This document shows, piece after piece, positions 1 to 7,738 of a DNA stretch of 64,000 bases; within the stretch, counting starts at the first letter, position 1; every line of letters begins with the position of its first letter. A model generated the notes under the pieces. The model did no database searches and was not told the origin of the DNA. It saw only the letters and a program-made list of their open reading frames with translations. Where the stretch lies: assembly GCA_020348925.1 (NCBI GenBank), contig CP070758.1:4461775-4525774 (forward strand), written 5' to 3'. The stretch is from Gemmatimonadota bacterium. Lineage in GTDB: Bacteria > JBHIER01 > G020348925. The position numbers and the translations under genes were made by a program.

Positions 1-8
1 GTGGGATT

Positions 9-1330
9 ATGAAACCATCGACAGTCGTCCGGCTTTTGACTCTTTTCTTTTTCACCTTTCTGATCACAGGTTGTGAGAGGACTCCTGCCCCTTTTGCCCC
101 GAGTTTTGAAGGATTGTCTCAGCTTGAAAAATCGCCGGAATCATACGCCTACCCCTTCGAATGGGGAACGTATGGATCGGATGACGGGCAGTTCAGGAAT
201 CCGAACGGTATCGCACTGTGCTCGGATGGGTACATCTATGTGGCCGACCATTACAATCACCGCATTCAAAAGTTCACAAGCACGGGCGAATTTCTCATCA
301 ATTGGGGGGCTACGGACGAGGAGAAGGTCAGTTCAGAATGCCTTATGGTGTCGCCGTCGATGCGGCTGGGAATGTATACGTTTCCGACTATTACAATCAT
401 CGTATTCAGAAGTATACTGGGTCCGGTTCTTACGTCACCAGCTGGGGAGGATACGGAACTGGGGATGGTCAGTTTCGGTATCCCACAGGGATCGCAGTGG
501 GCGGAGAGGGACAGGTGTATGTGGCCGACTATTCCAATCATCGCATTCAGCAGTTCACCGGCTCGGGAGCATTCGTGCGGAAGTGGGGACGCTCCGGAAC
601 CGGGAACGGTCAATTTCGATTTCCACGTGGTATTGCGGTGGATGGGTATGGGGAGGTGTGCGTTGTCGAGACGGGAAATCATCGCGTCCAGAAGTTTACC
701 GGTTCGGGGAGCTTTGTGACCGTGTGGGGTCGTTCCGGATCCGGAGAGGGCTGCTTTCACAATCCTGCGGATGTTTCGATAGATGATGGTGGCTGGGTGT
801 ATGTTGCGGATTCCGGGAATCATCGGATTCAAATATTTTCCACCTCAGGCGACTATGTGAACGGTTGTGGCGTGAGTGGATCAGGTGCGGGGCAGCTTCA
901 GAATCCCAGCGGTCTTTTGGTGGACGGCACCGGAAACATCTTTGTCGCCGATTACAGCAATAACAGAATCCAGGTGTTCGGATCCCAGGTGGAACGTATT
1001 GAGGCCACCGTCGATTTCGATCCCAACACGCTCAACCTCAAGTCAAACGGCGCATGGGTCACGGTCTCCATAGAACTTCCTGAGGGCTATGATGTTGGAG
1101 ACATCGAGAGATCGACCATCAGGCTTCATGACACGGTCCGGGCCGATGAAAAAGCGAAAGAGATCGGAGACGATGACGGTGACGGTATTGCTGACCTAAA
1201 CGTCAAGTTCAGCAGAGCTGCCGTCCAGAGCATTTTGGAGCCGGCGGAGGAAGTGGAAATCGTCGTCAGCGGCGGGCTTTCGGATGGCACTGCTTTTGTG
1301 GGTCAGGACATCATCAGGGTCAAAGGCTGA
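9..1330 (+). CDS. NHL-repeat lipoprotein (beta-propeller type) with one apparent frameshift. Frame 3 (9 to ~308) carries the signal peptide and first NHL repeat. Frame 2 (~305 to 1330) carries the remaining repeats and a C-terminal domain.
   Basis: The N-terminus MKPSTVVRLLTLFFFTFLITGC has a lipobox. YVADxxNHRIQKF and GxGxGQFxxPxGIAVD repeats occur in both ORF 9..719 and ORF 218..1330. The two frames join seamlessly (..FLINWG|GYGRGEGQFRMPYG..) at the G6 run 304-309. Confidence 0.8.
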
Positions 1331-1539
1331 CAGAAAGGACCTGAACCCCCGTCTCACGCGTTTTGCCCCAGGATTGGGCAAATGCCACACGGACTGAATG
1401 TGTTGTTTGGAGAAGAAGACACGAATGTTGAGAGAGAGGCGAATAAACGGTTTTGGTCGATTACGGAAATTAGATGTGCCGGAATGCGTTCGAGGAGGCA
1501 AAAATTATTTTGTGCGGATTCTGACAAAAAATTGTCTTT

Positions 1540-1555
1540 TGGCATAGTTTTCGCG
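1540..1555 (+). promoter_or_regulatory. Putative sigma54 (-24/-12) promoter
   Basis: TGGCAT-AGTTT-TCGC matches the consensus TGGCAC-N5-TTGC. GG at 1541-1542 and GC at 1553-1554 have the canonical 12-nt offset. It lies about 45 nt upstream of the riboswitch-like element and about 270 nt upstream of the first prepilin-like gene. Confidence 0.5.
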
Positions 1556-1602
1556 GTACTTGAATGAGCAAATGAAGAGGAACCCTCTCATGAGAATGAG
1601 AG

Positions 1603-1708
1603 GAGGCGCACGATAAAGGTAAACTCCGGGAAACCGGGGGGCACAAAGCTGCGGGTCTAAGGACAGAGGTCATGTCTATGACAGCCGGGCTGCCGAAGCG
1701 TTCGAGCC
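1603..1708 (+). promoter_or_regulatory. c-di-GMP-I (GEMM-I) riboswitch aptamer candidate
   Basis: The RNA reads AAAGGUAAACUCCGG-GAAA-CCGGGGGGCACAAAGCUGCGGGUCUAAGG...UAUGACAGCCGGGCUGCCGAAG. It has a 6-bp stem capped by a GAAA tetraloop, flanked by GGYAAAC and CACAAAGC. This parallels the Vc2 aptamer as I recall it (GGCAAACC..GAAA..GGGACGCAAAGCC) and the conserved GGGUCUAAG / GACAGCCGGGNUGCCGA 3' half. Boundaries are approximate. Confidence 0.7.
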
Positions 1709-1737
1709 ATGCGTTAAGCGGAATCCACTGCTTACGG

Positions 1738-1787
1738 TAGCCGGCTGTCGAGGCGTCCCAAAGGCCCTCGGGAATCCGGCTTTTTTA
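1738..1787 (+). terminator. Intrinsic terminator (candidate riboswitch expression platform)
   Basis: AGCCGG..CGAGG..(loop)..CCTCG..CCGGCT forms a nested hairpin. It is followed directly by TTTTTT at 1781-1786, about 40 nt before the ATG at 1827. Confidence 0.6.
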
Positions 1788-1826
1788 TTGGATGTGACGA
1801 ATGGCCATGGATAGGGACAAAACAAA

Positions 1827-2225
1827 ATGAGATTTCAAAGAAAAGTGAGAAGCATACATATCCTGTTTAAGGAGAGAGGGTTCACACTGGTGGAGATGAT
1901 TGTGGCCATGTTTATTTTTGGTGTTCTGGCCACCGGGATGACGACGCTCATGGGGGTCCTCATCCAGAACAATGAGTTTGCCCAGGATATCACCGTGGCC
2001 ACGACGTGGGCCGAAAACAAGATGGAGGAGTTTGAAAACATCCCGTTCGAGAGCATTACGTCCGGTTGGAACTGGGACCTGCCGATAGCCGGATTCTGGA
2101 GGGTGTGGGAGGTGAGAGACAACATTCCTCAAGCGGGATTGAAGCAAATTACCGTCATGGTCATCTGGTTCGACAGTAAATATCAATTTCACACCGTGAG
2201 TCTGTTAACGCTGAAGAGTACATAG
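1827..2225 (+). CDS. Prepilin-type N-terminal cleavage/methylation domain protein (PilV/GspI-like pilin or minor pilin)
   Basis: KERG|FTLVEMIVAMFIFGVLATG is the classic G/FTLxE prepilin motif followed by a hydrophobic helix. The protein is 132 aa. Confidence 0.8.
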   Translation: MRFQRKVRSIHILFKERGFTLVEMIVAMFIFGVLATGMTTLMGVLIQNNEFAQDITVATTWAENKMEEFENIPFESITSGWNWDLPIAGFWRVWEVRDNIPQAGLKQITVMVIWFDSKYQFHTVSLLTLKST

Positions 2226-2242
2226 GATCGCCGGGAGGGAGC

Positions 2243-3070
2243 ATGAGTATGTCTTCAATATGGAGAAGTGACAGGGGCACAACGATGGCGGAGATCCTCA
2301 TCGTCTTGTTGGTCATGGGGATATTGACGACGGCCATGGCCAAGTTTTTTGTGGCCCAAAATCGGCTATCCCATGTCGAAGAGCAGGTGGGGTTCATGCA
2401 GAAAAACGTCCGTTCGGCCATGGAGGTGATTGTTCGCGATGTCATGAACTGCGGCAGCGGCGTTCCCCTGAATATGGGCATCGATCCGTTGATTCCGGGC
2501 AATGGGGCGAGTGGAAGTCCGGATTCGATCGTTATCATGGCCAATTTCGATTATCAGTACACGACCTTGTTCCACGATGAAGGACCAGATAACAACCAGC
2601 ATGTGATGGATGCGACCGGATTTTATGTGGGGGGATTATTGTACATCGAGGATTTCAACGGCGGAGAATTCCACACGATCACCAGCATTACGCTGGGCAC
2701 AGCGAAGGGGGATCAGATCACAATCTCCAATCCCTTGAGCCGCACGTTTTATCAGATCGACACCATAGTATCACCCATTGCACGGGTCAGTTACGGGCTC
2801 AGCTGGACCGATCCGGATCATCCCAGTCTGGTCCGTGGGGTGAAGGGAAGGGGGGCGAAGGTGCTGGCCAACAACATCGAGGATCTGCAGTTCGCCTACA
2901 TTTTAAAGGACGGGACGGAATCGGCCCAGCCGGCGGACATAGCCCAGGTACGCATGGTGAAGATCATGATGACGGCCCGGTCGGACAAGCAGGATTGTGA
3001 GTTCGGCGGTGACGGCTATCGCCGACGGGCCTTGGAGTCCTTGGTTAAACCGAGGAATCTGGACTTATAA
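2243..3070 (+). CDS. PilW/GspJ-like minor pilin with a degenerate prepilin N-terminus
   Basis: DRG|TTMAEILIVLLVMGILTTAMA has Glu at +5 after the Gly and a hydrophobic helix. Its size and its position after a PilV-like gene fit a minor pilin. Confidence 0.6.
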   Translation: MSMSSIWRSDRGTTMAEILIVLLVMGILTTAMAKFFVAQNRLSHVEEQVGFMQKNVRSAMEVIVRDVMNCGSGVPLNMGIDPLIPGNGASGSPDSIVIMANFDYQYTTLFHDEGPDNNQHVMDATGFYVGGLLYIEDFNGGEFHTITSITLGTAKGDQITISNPLSRTFYQIDTIVSPIARVSYGLSWTDPDHPSLVRGVKGRGAKVLANNIEDLQFAYILKDGTESAQPADIAQVRMVKIMMTARSDKQDCEFGGDGYRRRALESLVKPRNLDL

Positions 3071-3103
3071 CGAAACTTCACTCACAGAGGAGGTGATGCG
3101 ATT

Positions 3104-4339
3104 ATGTTTAAGGGTATGATCTTCAACGAGCGCGGAGGCGTGCTCTTCGCCGTTGCCCTGTCGACCGTGGCCATGGTTATGATGGGGGTAACGGCCTTTT
3201 ATCTGGCCAATACGGAGGTGACGGCCTCCGGGGCGAAGTTTGAAAAGGCGAAGGCGCTCTACTTGGCCCAAGCAGGGCTACACCGGGCGATTGTCGAGAT
3301 GACGAACGGTATGGATGACGGCTGGCAAGACGAGATCGCCGGAGCCGACGGTACGACGGGGACGAGCGATGACGGGATCTTGGCTTTCGGCCCGAGTGTC
3401 GATTGTACGCCGTTTCAAAGCGGGTATTCCACGGGCGAGTCAGACGAGGTCTCAAGCAGCTATTGGAATCGTTATCTGGGGCACTATGATGTGCGGATTG
3501 AGGACGGGCGCCGGCCGGGCGAGCAGAGCGGTGACTGCAATAAGGCCATTCTGGGTTCGGTAGGGGTCTCCTCGAAGGATTTCAGTACCAGGGTTGAGGC
3601 CGAGATCGAAGTGTTTGAGCTGCCCCCACCCCCCTCGCTGGTCTTCATGATCGGTCGGTACAACGAAACGGTCTTTCCCGATCCGTTTTTCGCCGGTCAG
3701 TCGTGGTGGATCGGAGGGGAGGATAGGAATCTCGATGATACAGGTGGACCGACCGTCGGGAAACCCGGCATCGGAACCAACGGCGTCGCTCAAGGTATTG
3801 TCGATGCACTGAATGATAATCAAAAGGACCAGGTCTCAGGAATCGGCTACGATCCGGCAGCGTCCCCACCCATACCGAGCGTTCAGCACGTGGACACTCA
3901 GGTGAATCTTCGGGAAATTGCTTACAAGCTCAAGAGCATGGCCGATAATATTGTTCCTCCGGGAACGTACGCCACGTTCACAGGCTACGGGAGCCCCACC
4001 GATTACCAGATTACGGTGTGTGACGGAGACCTGCACCTGAGCGGCGACATTGAAGGATACGGGACACTGGTGATAACCGGTGATTTCAAAATGAGTGGAC
4101 AGGGCAAGTGGGTGGGCTACATCATATGTCTCAATCACGCCAGGTTCACCGGAGGAGGCACGCAGTTCCATCTGTATGGGACGTTGATGATCGGAAATTC
4201 GTCGGGTCTTGATTTACTGGCTGAGTTTGAGATCACGGGCAATGCTGATTTGTTATACAGTTCGGAGGCGATAGAGAAGACGAGGCTGGCTGTGAAAACC
4301 GTCGCGATAAAGAGCTGGCGGAGAATGGCCGCGAACTAA
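3104..4339 (+). CDS. PilX-N-domain / GspK-like large minor pilin
   Basis: The N-terminus NERGGVLFAVALSTVAMVMMGVTAFYLANTEVTASGAKFEKAKALYLAQAGL resembles the PilX N-terminal domain pattern. An AGGAGG RBS sits upstream. Confidence 0.6.
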   Translation: MFKGMIFNERGGVLFAVALSTVAMVMMGVTAFYLANTEVTASGAKFEKAKALYLAQAGLHRAIVEMTNGMDDGWQDEIAGADGTTGTSDDGILAFGPSVDCTPFQSGYSTGESDEVSSSYWNRYLGHYDVRIEDGRRPGEQSGDCNKAILGSVGVSSKDFSTRVEAEIEVFELPPPPSLVFMIGRYNETVFPDPFFAGQSWWIGGEDRNLDDTGGPTVGKPGIGTNGVAQGIVDALNDNQKDQVSGIGYDPAASPPIPSVQHVDTQVNLREIAYKLKSMADNIVPPGTYATFTGYGSPTDYQITVCDGDLHLSGDIEGYGTLVITGDFKMSGQGKWVGYIICLNHARFTGGGTQFHLYGTLMIGNSSGLDLLAEFEITGNADLLYSSEAIEKTRLAVKTVAIKSWRRMAAN

Positions 4340-4358
4340 GAAACGGCTGTGGAGCACT

Positions 4359-4396
4359 GTGGAGATTTGAACGAATTTTTCAAATCTCCACTTTTC
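4359..4396 (+). terminator. Intrinsic terminator after the prepilin-like genes
   Basis: A perfect 13-bp stem pairs GTGGAGATTTGAA (4359-4371) with TTCAAATCTCCAC (4379-4391). The loop is 7 nt and a TTTT run follows. Confidence 0.75.
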
Positions 4397-4490
4397 GAGG
4401 CGCATGTCGACATTGATGTAGAATGTATTCGTTCTGGGGTAATGCGGTTGAAGATCAAAAAGTTAATTCGAACGGAATTGAAAATTTAAC

Positions 4491-4519
4491 TTGACATTAT
4501 GGTAAAAAAAGTGTACCTT
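4491..4519 (+). promoter_or_regulatory. Possible sigma70-type promoter for pilMNOPQ
   Basis: TTGACA (4491-4496), a 17-nt spacer, then TACCTT (4514-4519). The -10 element is weak. Confidence 0.3.
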
Positions 4520-4579
4520 TGGGGCAAATGACTAAGTATTGTGGTTTCTTATTCGGTGAACTACTAAATGTGGTAGGGT

Positions 4580-5650
4580 TTGATAATGAAAATTGGATTG
4601 AAAAAAAAGGAAAAAGTTGCGGCAGGCCTTGTTATTGGCACGCGGTGCGTAAAATTGGTCTGTCTGGAGCACGGGATCGATGCGTACAGACTGCGATTCT
4701 TTGGGATAGAGGAATTGCATGCCGATGCCATTCTGGCCGGCGAAGTGAGAGATCGGGATGGGGTCATCCGGGCCGTTCGGAGTCTCATCGATCGCAGTGG
4801 GCTGCCGATCAAAGAAGTGATCGTGTCCCTTTCCGGAAATGAGGTTTTGAGTGAGATTGTCAACATTGAAAGCGTGTTCGAGGGGAAAGAGGATGAGATT
4901 GTGCGAACCGAGGCCGAGCGCGTCAATCCCTTCGATTTCGACATCGGATCGGTTACGTTGGATTACAAAACACTGGAGGCGGATCCTGAATCGGATCAGT
5001 TGCGGGTCCTGCGTATTGCAGCAAGGAACGAAGTCATTTATAATAAATACATGGATATACTATCAGGAGCCCAATTGCGGCCAGCCATTTTGGACGTTGA
5101 TTTTTGCGCCCTGATGAATGTCTTCTCCCTCAACTATGACGCCCAATCGTTCCAGACAACGGCCCTCTTAAACATCGGCGTGGAGAGTACGAGTATTATC
5201 TTTCTGGGCAACGGTGCATTTCATCTGACTCGGGAGCTGCCCCTCGGTGTGGAGGCCTTTGTGAAGGAAATCCAGCGGGAACAAAAAGTGAAAGTTGAAG
5301 AGGCCGAGCGTGTTCTGAGAGAGGCCATCGATACGGATTTGGAGCAGGAGGCGCTCGCGGGTCCCATCGAACGCGTTGGAGAGGATTTGGCCAAGGAGAT
5401 TGAGATCGCACGATCCTTTTTCCTGTCAGCGACTTCCTACGAATCAATGGACACGATGTTTCTCAGTGGCGGGGGAGCACTCATTCCCGGCATGACGGAT
5501 CTCTTGGGAAAATTGGCCGGAACGAGTGTAAAGATTTTGAACCCCTTGATCGCGATAAAATACGATTACGGCCTTTTCGGTGACCAACCTCCGGAGAAGA
5601 TCTCACCGTTGCTGACGTTGGCCATTGGATTGGCTCTCAGGAGAATGTGA
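4580..5650 (+). CDS. pilM: Type IV pilus assembly protein PilM (actin-like ATPase fold)
   Basis: The length, the overall sequence pattern (..PAILDVDFCALMNVF.., ..MFLSGGGALIPGM..) and the position before pilN all fit PilM. The stop overlaps the pilN start (ATGA). The start is TTG 4580 or ATG 4586. Confidence 0.85.
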   Translation: MIMKIGLKKKEKVAAGLVIGTRCVKLVCLEHGIDAYRLRFFGIEELHADAILAGEVRDRDGVIRAVRSLIDRSGLPIKEVIVSLSGNEVLSEIVNIESVFEGKEDEIVRTEAERVNPFDFDIGSVTLDYKTLEADPESDQLRVLRIAARNEVIYNKYMDILSGAQLRPAILDVDFCALMNVFSLNYDAQSFQTTALLNIGVESTSIIFLGNGAFHLTRELPLGVEAFVKEIQREQKVKVEEAERVLREAIDTDLEQEALAGPIERVGEDLAKEIEIARSFFLSATSYESMDTMFLSGGGALIPGMTDLLGKLAGTSVKILNPLIAIKYDYGLFGDQPPEKISPLLTLAIGLALRRM

Positions 5651-6228
5651 TGAAGTTACTGGAATTCAATTTATTACCGGAAGAGTTTCGTCGCCCAGAG
5701 AAGGTCGTTCGATTCAGAATATGGGGGGTCGTCATCGTTGTGGCGACAGCCGTTTTGGTGGGGTTCCTTATTCTGATCTATACCGGGCAAAGGAGAACTT
5801 TGGATAATCTCAATGCAAGAATCGGCTCGGCTCAGAGCGACATCGCCAAGCTGCAGGAGAGTGTTCGTCTGACACGAGAGGTCGATGAGCTGAAGACAGG
5901 GATCAGCCAAAATATCCGGGCCATCAATGCCGTGGCCAACCAGAACGCGGAGCGTGTCGCCGTGCTCCAACAGATAAATGCTTGCGTTTCTCATGAGTTG
6001 GCTCTCATATCATTGGAGGAGCAAGCTTTGGGAACTGGCTATGGGTATCTTATTACCGGCCATGCCACATCAAACTTGGCCGTGGTTCGATTCATCGATA
6101 GTCTCAAAGATTCGGAAAAATTTCAACGCGTGACGTTGACGTACATTCGCCCGACACAGGTGGACGGTGAATATGTTCTGAGCTTTGAGATCAACGCCGT
6201 CGTCACTTTATCAGCAAGTGGTACGTAA
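5647..6228 (+). CDS. pilN: Type IV pilus assembly protein PilN
   Basis: It has the N-terminal FNLLPEEFR motif, one TM helix and a coiled-coil segment. It lies between pilM and pilO. Confidence 0.8.
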   Translation: MMKLLEFNLLPEEFRRPEKVVRFRIWGVVIVVATAVLVGFLILIYTGQRRTLDNLNARIGSAQSDIAKLQESVRLTREVDELKTGISQNIRAINAVANQNAERVAVLQQINACVSHELALISLEEQALGTGYGYLITGHATSNLAVVRFIDSLKDSEKFQRVTLTYIRPTQVDGEYVLSFEINAVVTLSASGT

Positions 6229-6259
6229 TTTTCAGAGCGGGAGACAGCAGAGGTAAAAA

Positions 6260-6820
6260 ATGAATTTGAATGCATCGCCAGTGTTAAAAGGTTTGATCGT
6301 CGTACTCCTCGCCGTAGTCATATTTTATGGTTTCAACCGGTACATCTATGCGCCCAACAAAGAGACCATTCGTGAGCGGCAGGTGGAATTGGGCAGATTG
6401 TCGACAACGCTTCTTCACGTCAGGGAGACCGTCGAAAATCTGCCGAAGGTGAAAGCGGAATACGAAGCGCTGCAGGAGGAGTGGCAACGCTTGGAGATAC
6501 TGGTACCACAGCGCGAGGAGGTGACCGATCTCATTCAGGAGATATCTCAGGCGGAGAAAAAAGCGGGACTCTATATTATTTCCATTGAGCCTCAAGCCTC
6601 CGTGCCGAAAGAATTGTTTACCGAGAATCCCTATCGGCTGGAGATTGAAGGAAGCTATCACAGTTTCGCCCGTTTTGTGAGTGCGCTGTCAAAACTGGAG
6701 AGAATCATCAATGTGTCCCAGGTTCAACTCTATGCCAATCCGACTGCGTTGGATGAACACGATGCCGTTGTTGTGCGATGTATGCTGACATCGTACACCT
6801 CGTTAAGGAGAAGCGGTTAG
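6260..6820 (+). CDS. pilO: Type IV pilus assembly protein PilO
   Basis: One TM helix is followed by a coiled coil and a ferredoxin-like C-terminal region. The gene sits in the pilO position. Confidence 0.75.
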   Translation: MNLNASPVLKGLIVVLLAVVIFYGFNRYIYAPNKETIRERQVELGRLSTTLLHVRETVENLPKVKAEYEALQEEWQRLEILVPQREEVTDLIQEISQAEKKAGLYIISIEPQASVPKELFTENPYRLEIEGSYHSFARFVSALSKLERIINVSQVQLYANPTALDEHDAVVVRCMLTSYTSLRRSG

Positions 6821-6847
6821 ACATTTGAGAAAAGGGAGCAGTGCGTC

Positions 6848-7714
6848 ATGTATGGTCGATGTGTATCTACTTTCGTCATGAGTCTACTTTTACTCTGTGC
6901 TGGCCTGGTGTGCGTGGAATCGACGCCATGCCAGACTCAGCCTGAGGGAAGTTCAGCTCAGGATACTGTTTCCCGAGAGCAAGATATCGAGACACCGCCG
7001 ACAGTGACACGGGAAAAGATCGAATATCGCAGCCAAGGTCGGAAAGATCCGTTTAAGCCTCTTGTCGAAACGGAAGAAGAGGAGGAGCTCCCCCCACTGC
7101 AAGTCGATGGGGCGACGGTGTCAGGTATCATGCTGGGATCTGAGGGGCGTTTGGCCCTCATTCGAGATGGTGATGGGCGAACATACGTCCTGGGGGAGGG
7201 TGCCAAGGTGAAGAACGGGTACCTCCGGAGGATTACGACAGACACGGTTATCTTTAATGTTGTGAAATACGGGCGGTATCGAAGAGTTGAATTGGAGCTG
7301 AAAAGCGCCAAGAAGGCCCAGGAGTTCGAGCAGAGTGTGGCCAGAACGGCGCGTCAAACGAAGCCCGCTCAACCGAAACCTGCTCAACCGAAGCCCGCTC
7401 AACCGAAGCCCGAGGTGACGCAAGCCCAAGTGAAGCCACCCAAGGTTGACGTTCCACCCGAGCAGATGAAGGGCTCGACATTCACCCTGCAGGTAGCTGC
7501 GTACCGCTTGGAGAGCGACGCGAAACGTCTGCAGCAGTGGCTTCGAGAGCGGGGATACGAGACGCGAATTGAATCGATTACCATACCGGAGTCCGGTCTC
7601 TGGTACCGTGTCCGGTTTGGAGTGTACGATACCTATGAGGCAGTCAAAGAGATGGCGAAGACATTTCGAGAGCGCTTTGATTTCTATTGCTGGGTTGTTC
7701 CCATTGATTCTTAA
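6848..7714 (+). CDS. pilP: PilP-like pilotin/alignment protein fused to a C-terminal SPOR peptidoglycan-binding domain
   Basis: After a signal peptide come a DPFKPL motif and a beta-domain (LQVDGATVSGIMLGSEGRLALIRDG..VIFNVV) typical of PilP. The C-terminus FTLQVAAYRLESDAKRLQQWLRERGYETRIES..WYRVRFGVYDTYEAVKE matches the SPOR pattern. A KPAQP-repeat linker joins the two parts. Confidence 0.7.
   Translation: MYGRCVSTFVMSLLLLCAGLVCVESTPCQTQPEGSSAQDTVSREQDIETPPTVTREKIEYRSQGRKDPFKPLVETEEEEELPPLQVDGATVSGIMLGSEGRLALIRDGDGRTYVLGEGAKVKNGYLRRITTDTVIFNVVKYGRYRRVELELKSAKKAQEFEQSVARTARQTKPAQPKPAQPKPAQPKPEVTQAQVKPPKVDVPPEQMKGSTFTLQVAAYRLESDAKRLQQWLRERGYETRIESITIPESGLWYRVRFGVYDTYEAVKEMAKTFRERFDFYCWVVPIDS
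7361..7413 (+). repeat. 15-bp tandem repeat (about 3.5 copies) encoding (KPAQP)n in the PilP-SPOR linker
   Basis: The units are aagcccgctcaaccg / aaacctgctcaaccg / aagcccgctcaaccg / aagcccgag.. Confidence 0.9.
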
Positions 7715-7738
7715 CTCTTTTTACGAAGTGAGGATAGC

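Noticed and set aside
73-832. ORFs 73..786 (+) and 266..832 (-) overlapping the NHL gene
   Set aside because: These are alternative frames of the NHL repeats. Their translations are Arg/Ser/Gly-rich with no motifs. The NHL frames explain the region.
1362-1382. The hairpin TTTGCCC-caggatt-GGGCAAA after the NHL gene as a terminator
   Set aside because: There is no U-tract on either strand. The support is insufficient.
1603-1708. A GEMM-Ib (3'3'-cGAMP-selective) variant rather than a c-di-GMP aptamer
   Set aside because: In my alignment to Vc2, the residue 5' of the G-C closing pair is G (AAAGGUAAAC). This is the position reported as G20 in c-di-GMP binders and A in cGAMP binders. That favours c-di-GMP. 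The numbering is from memory, so this rejection is tentative.
4519-4842. ORF 4519..4842 (+) ahead of and overlapping pilM
   Set aside because: It is out of frame with pilM and overlaps it, and its translation has no features. The pilM frame has family-typical sequence throughout.
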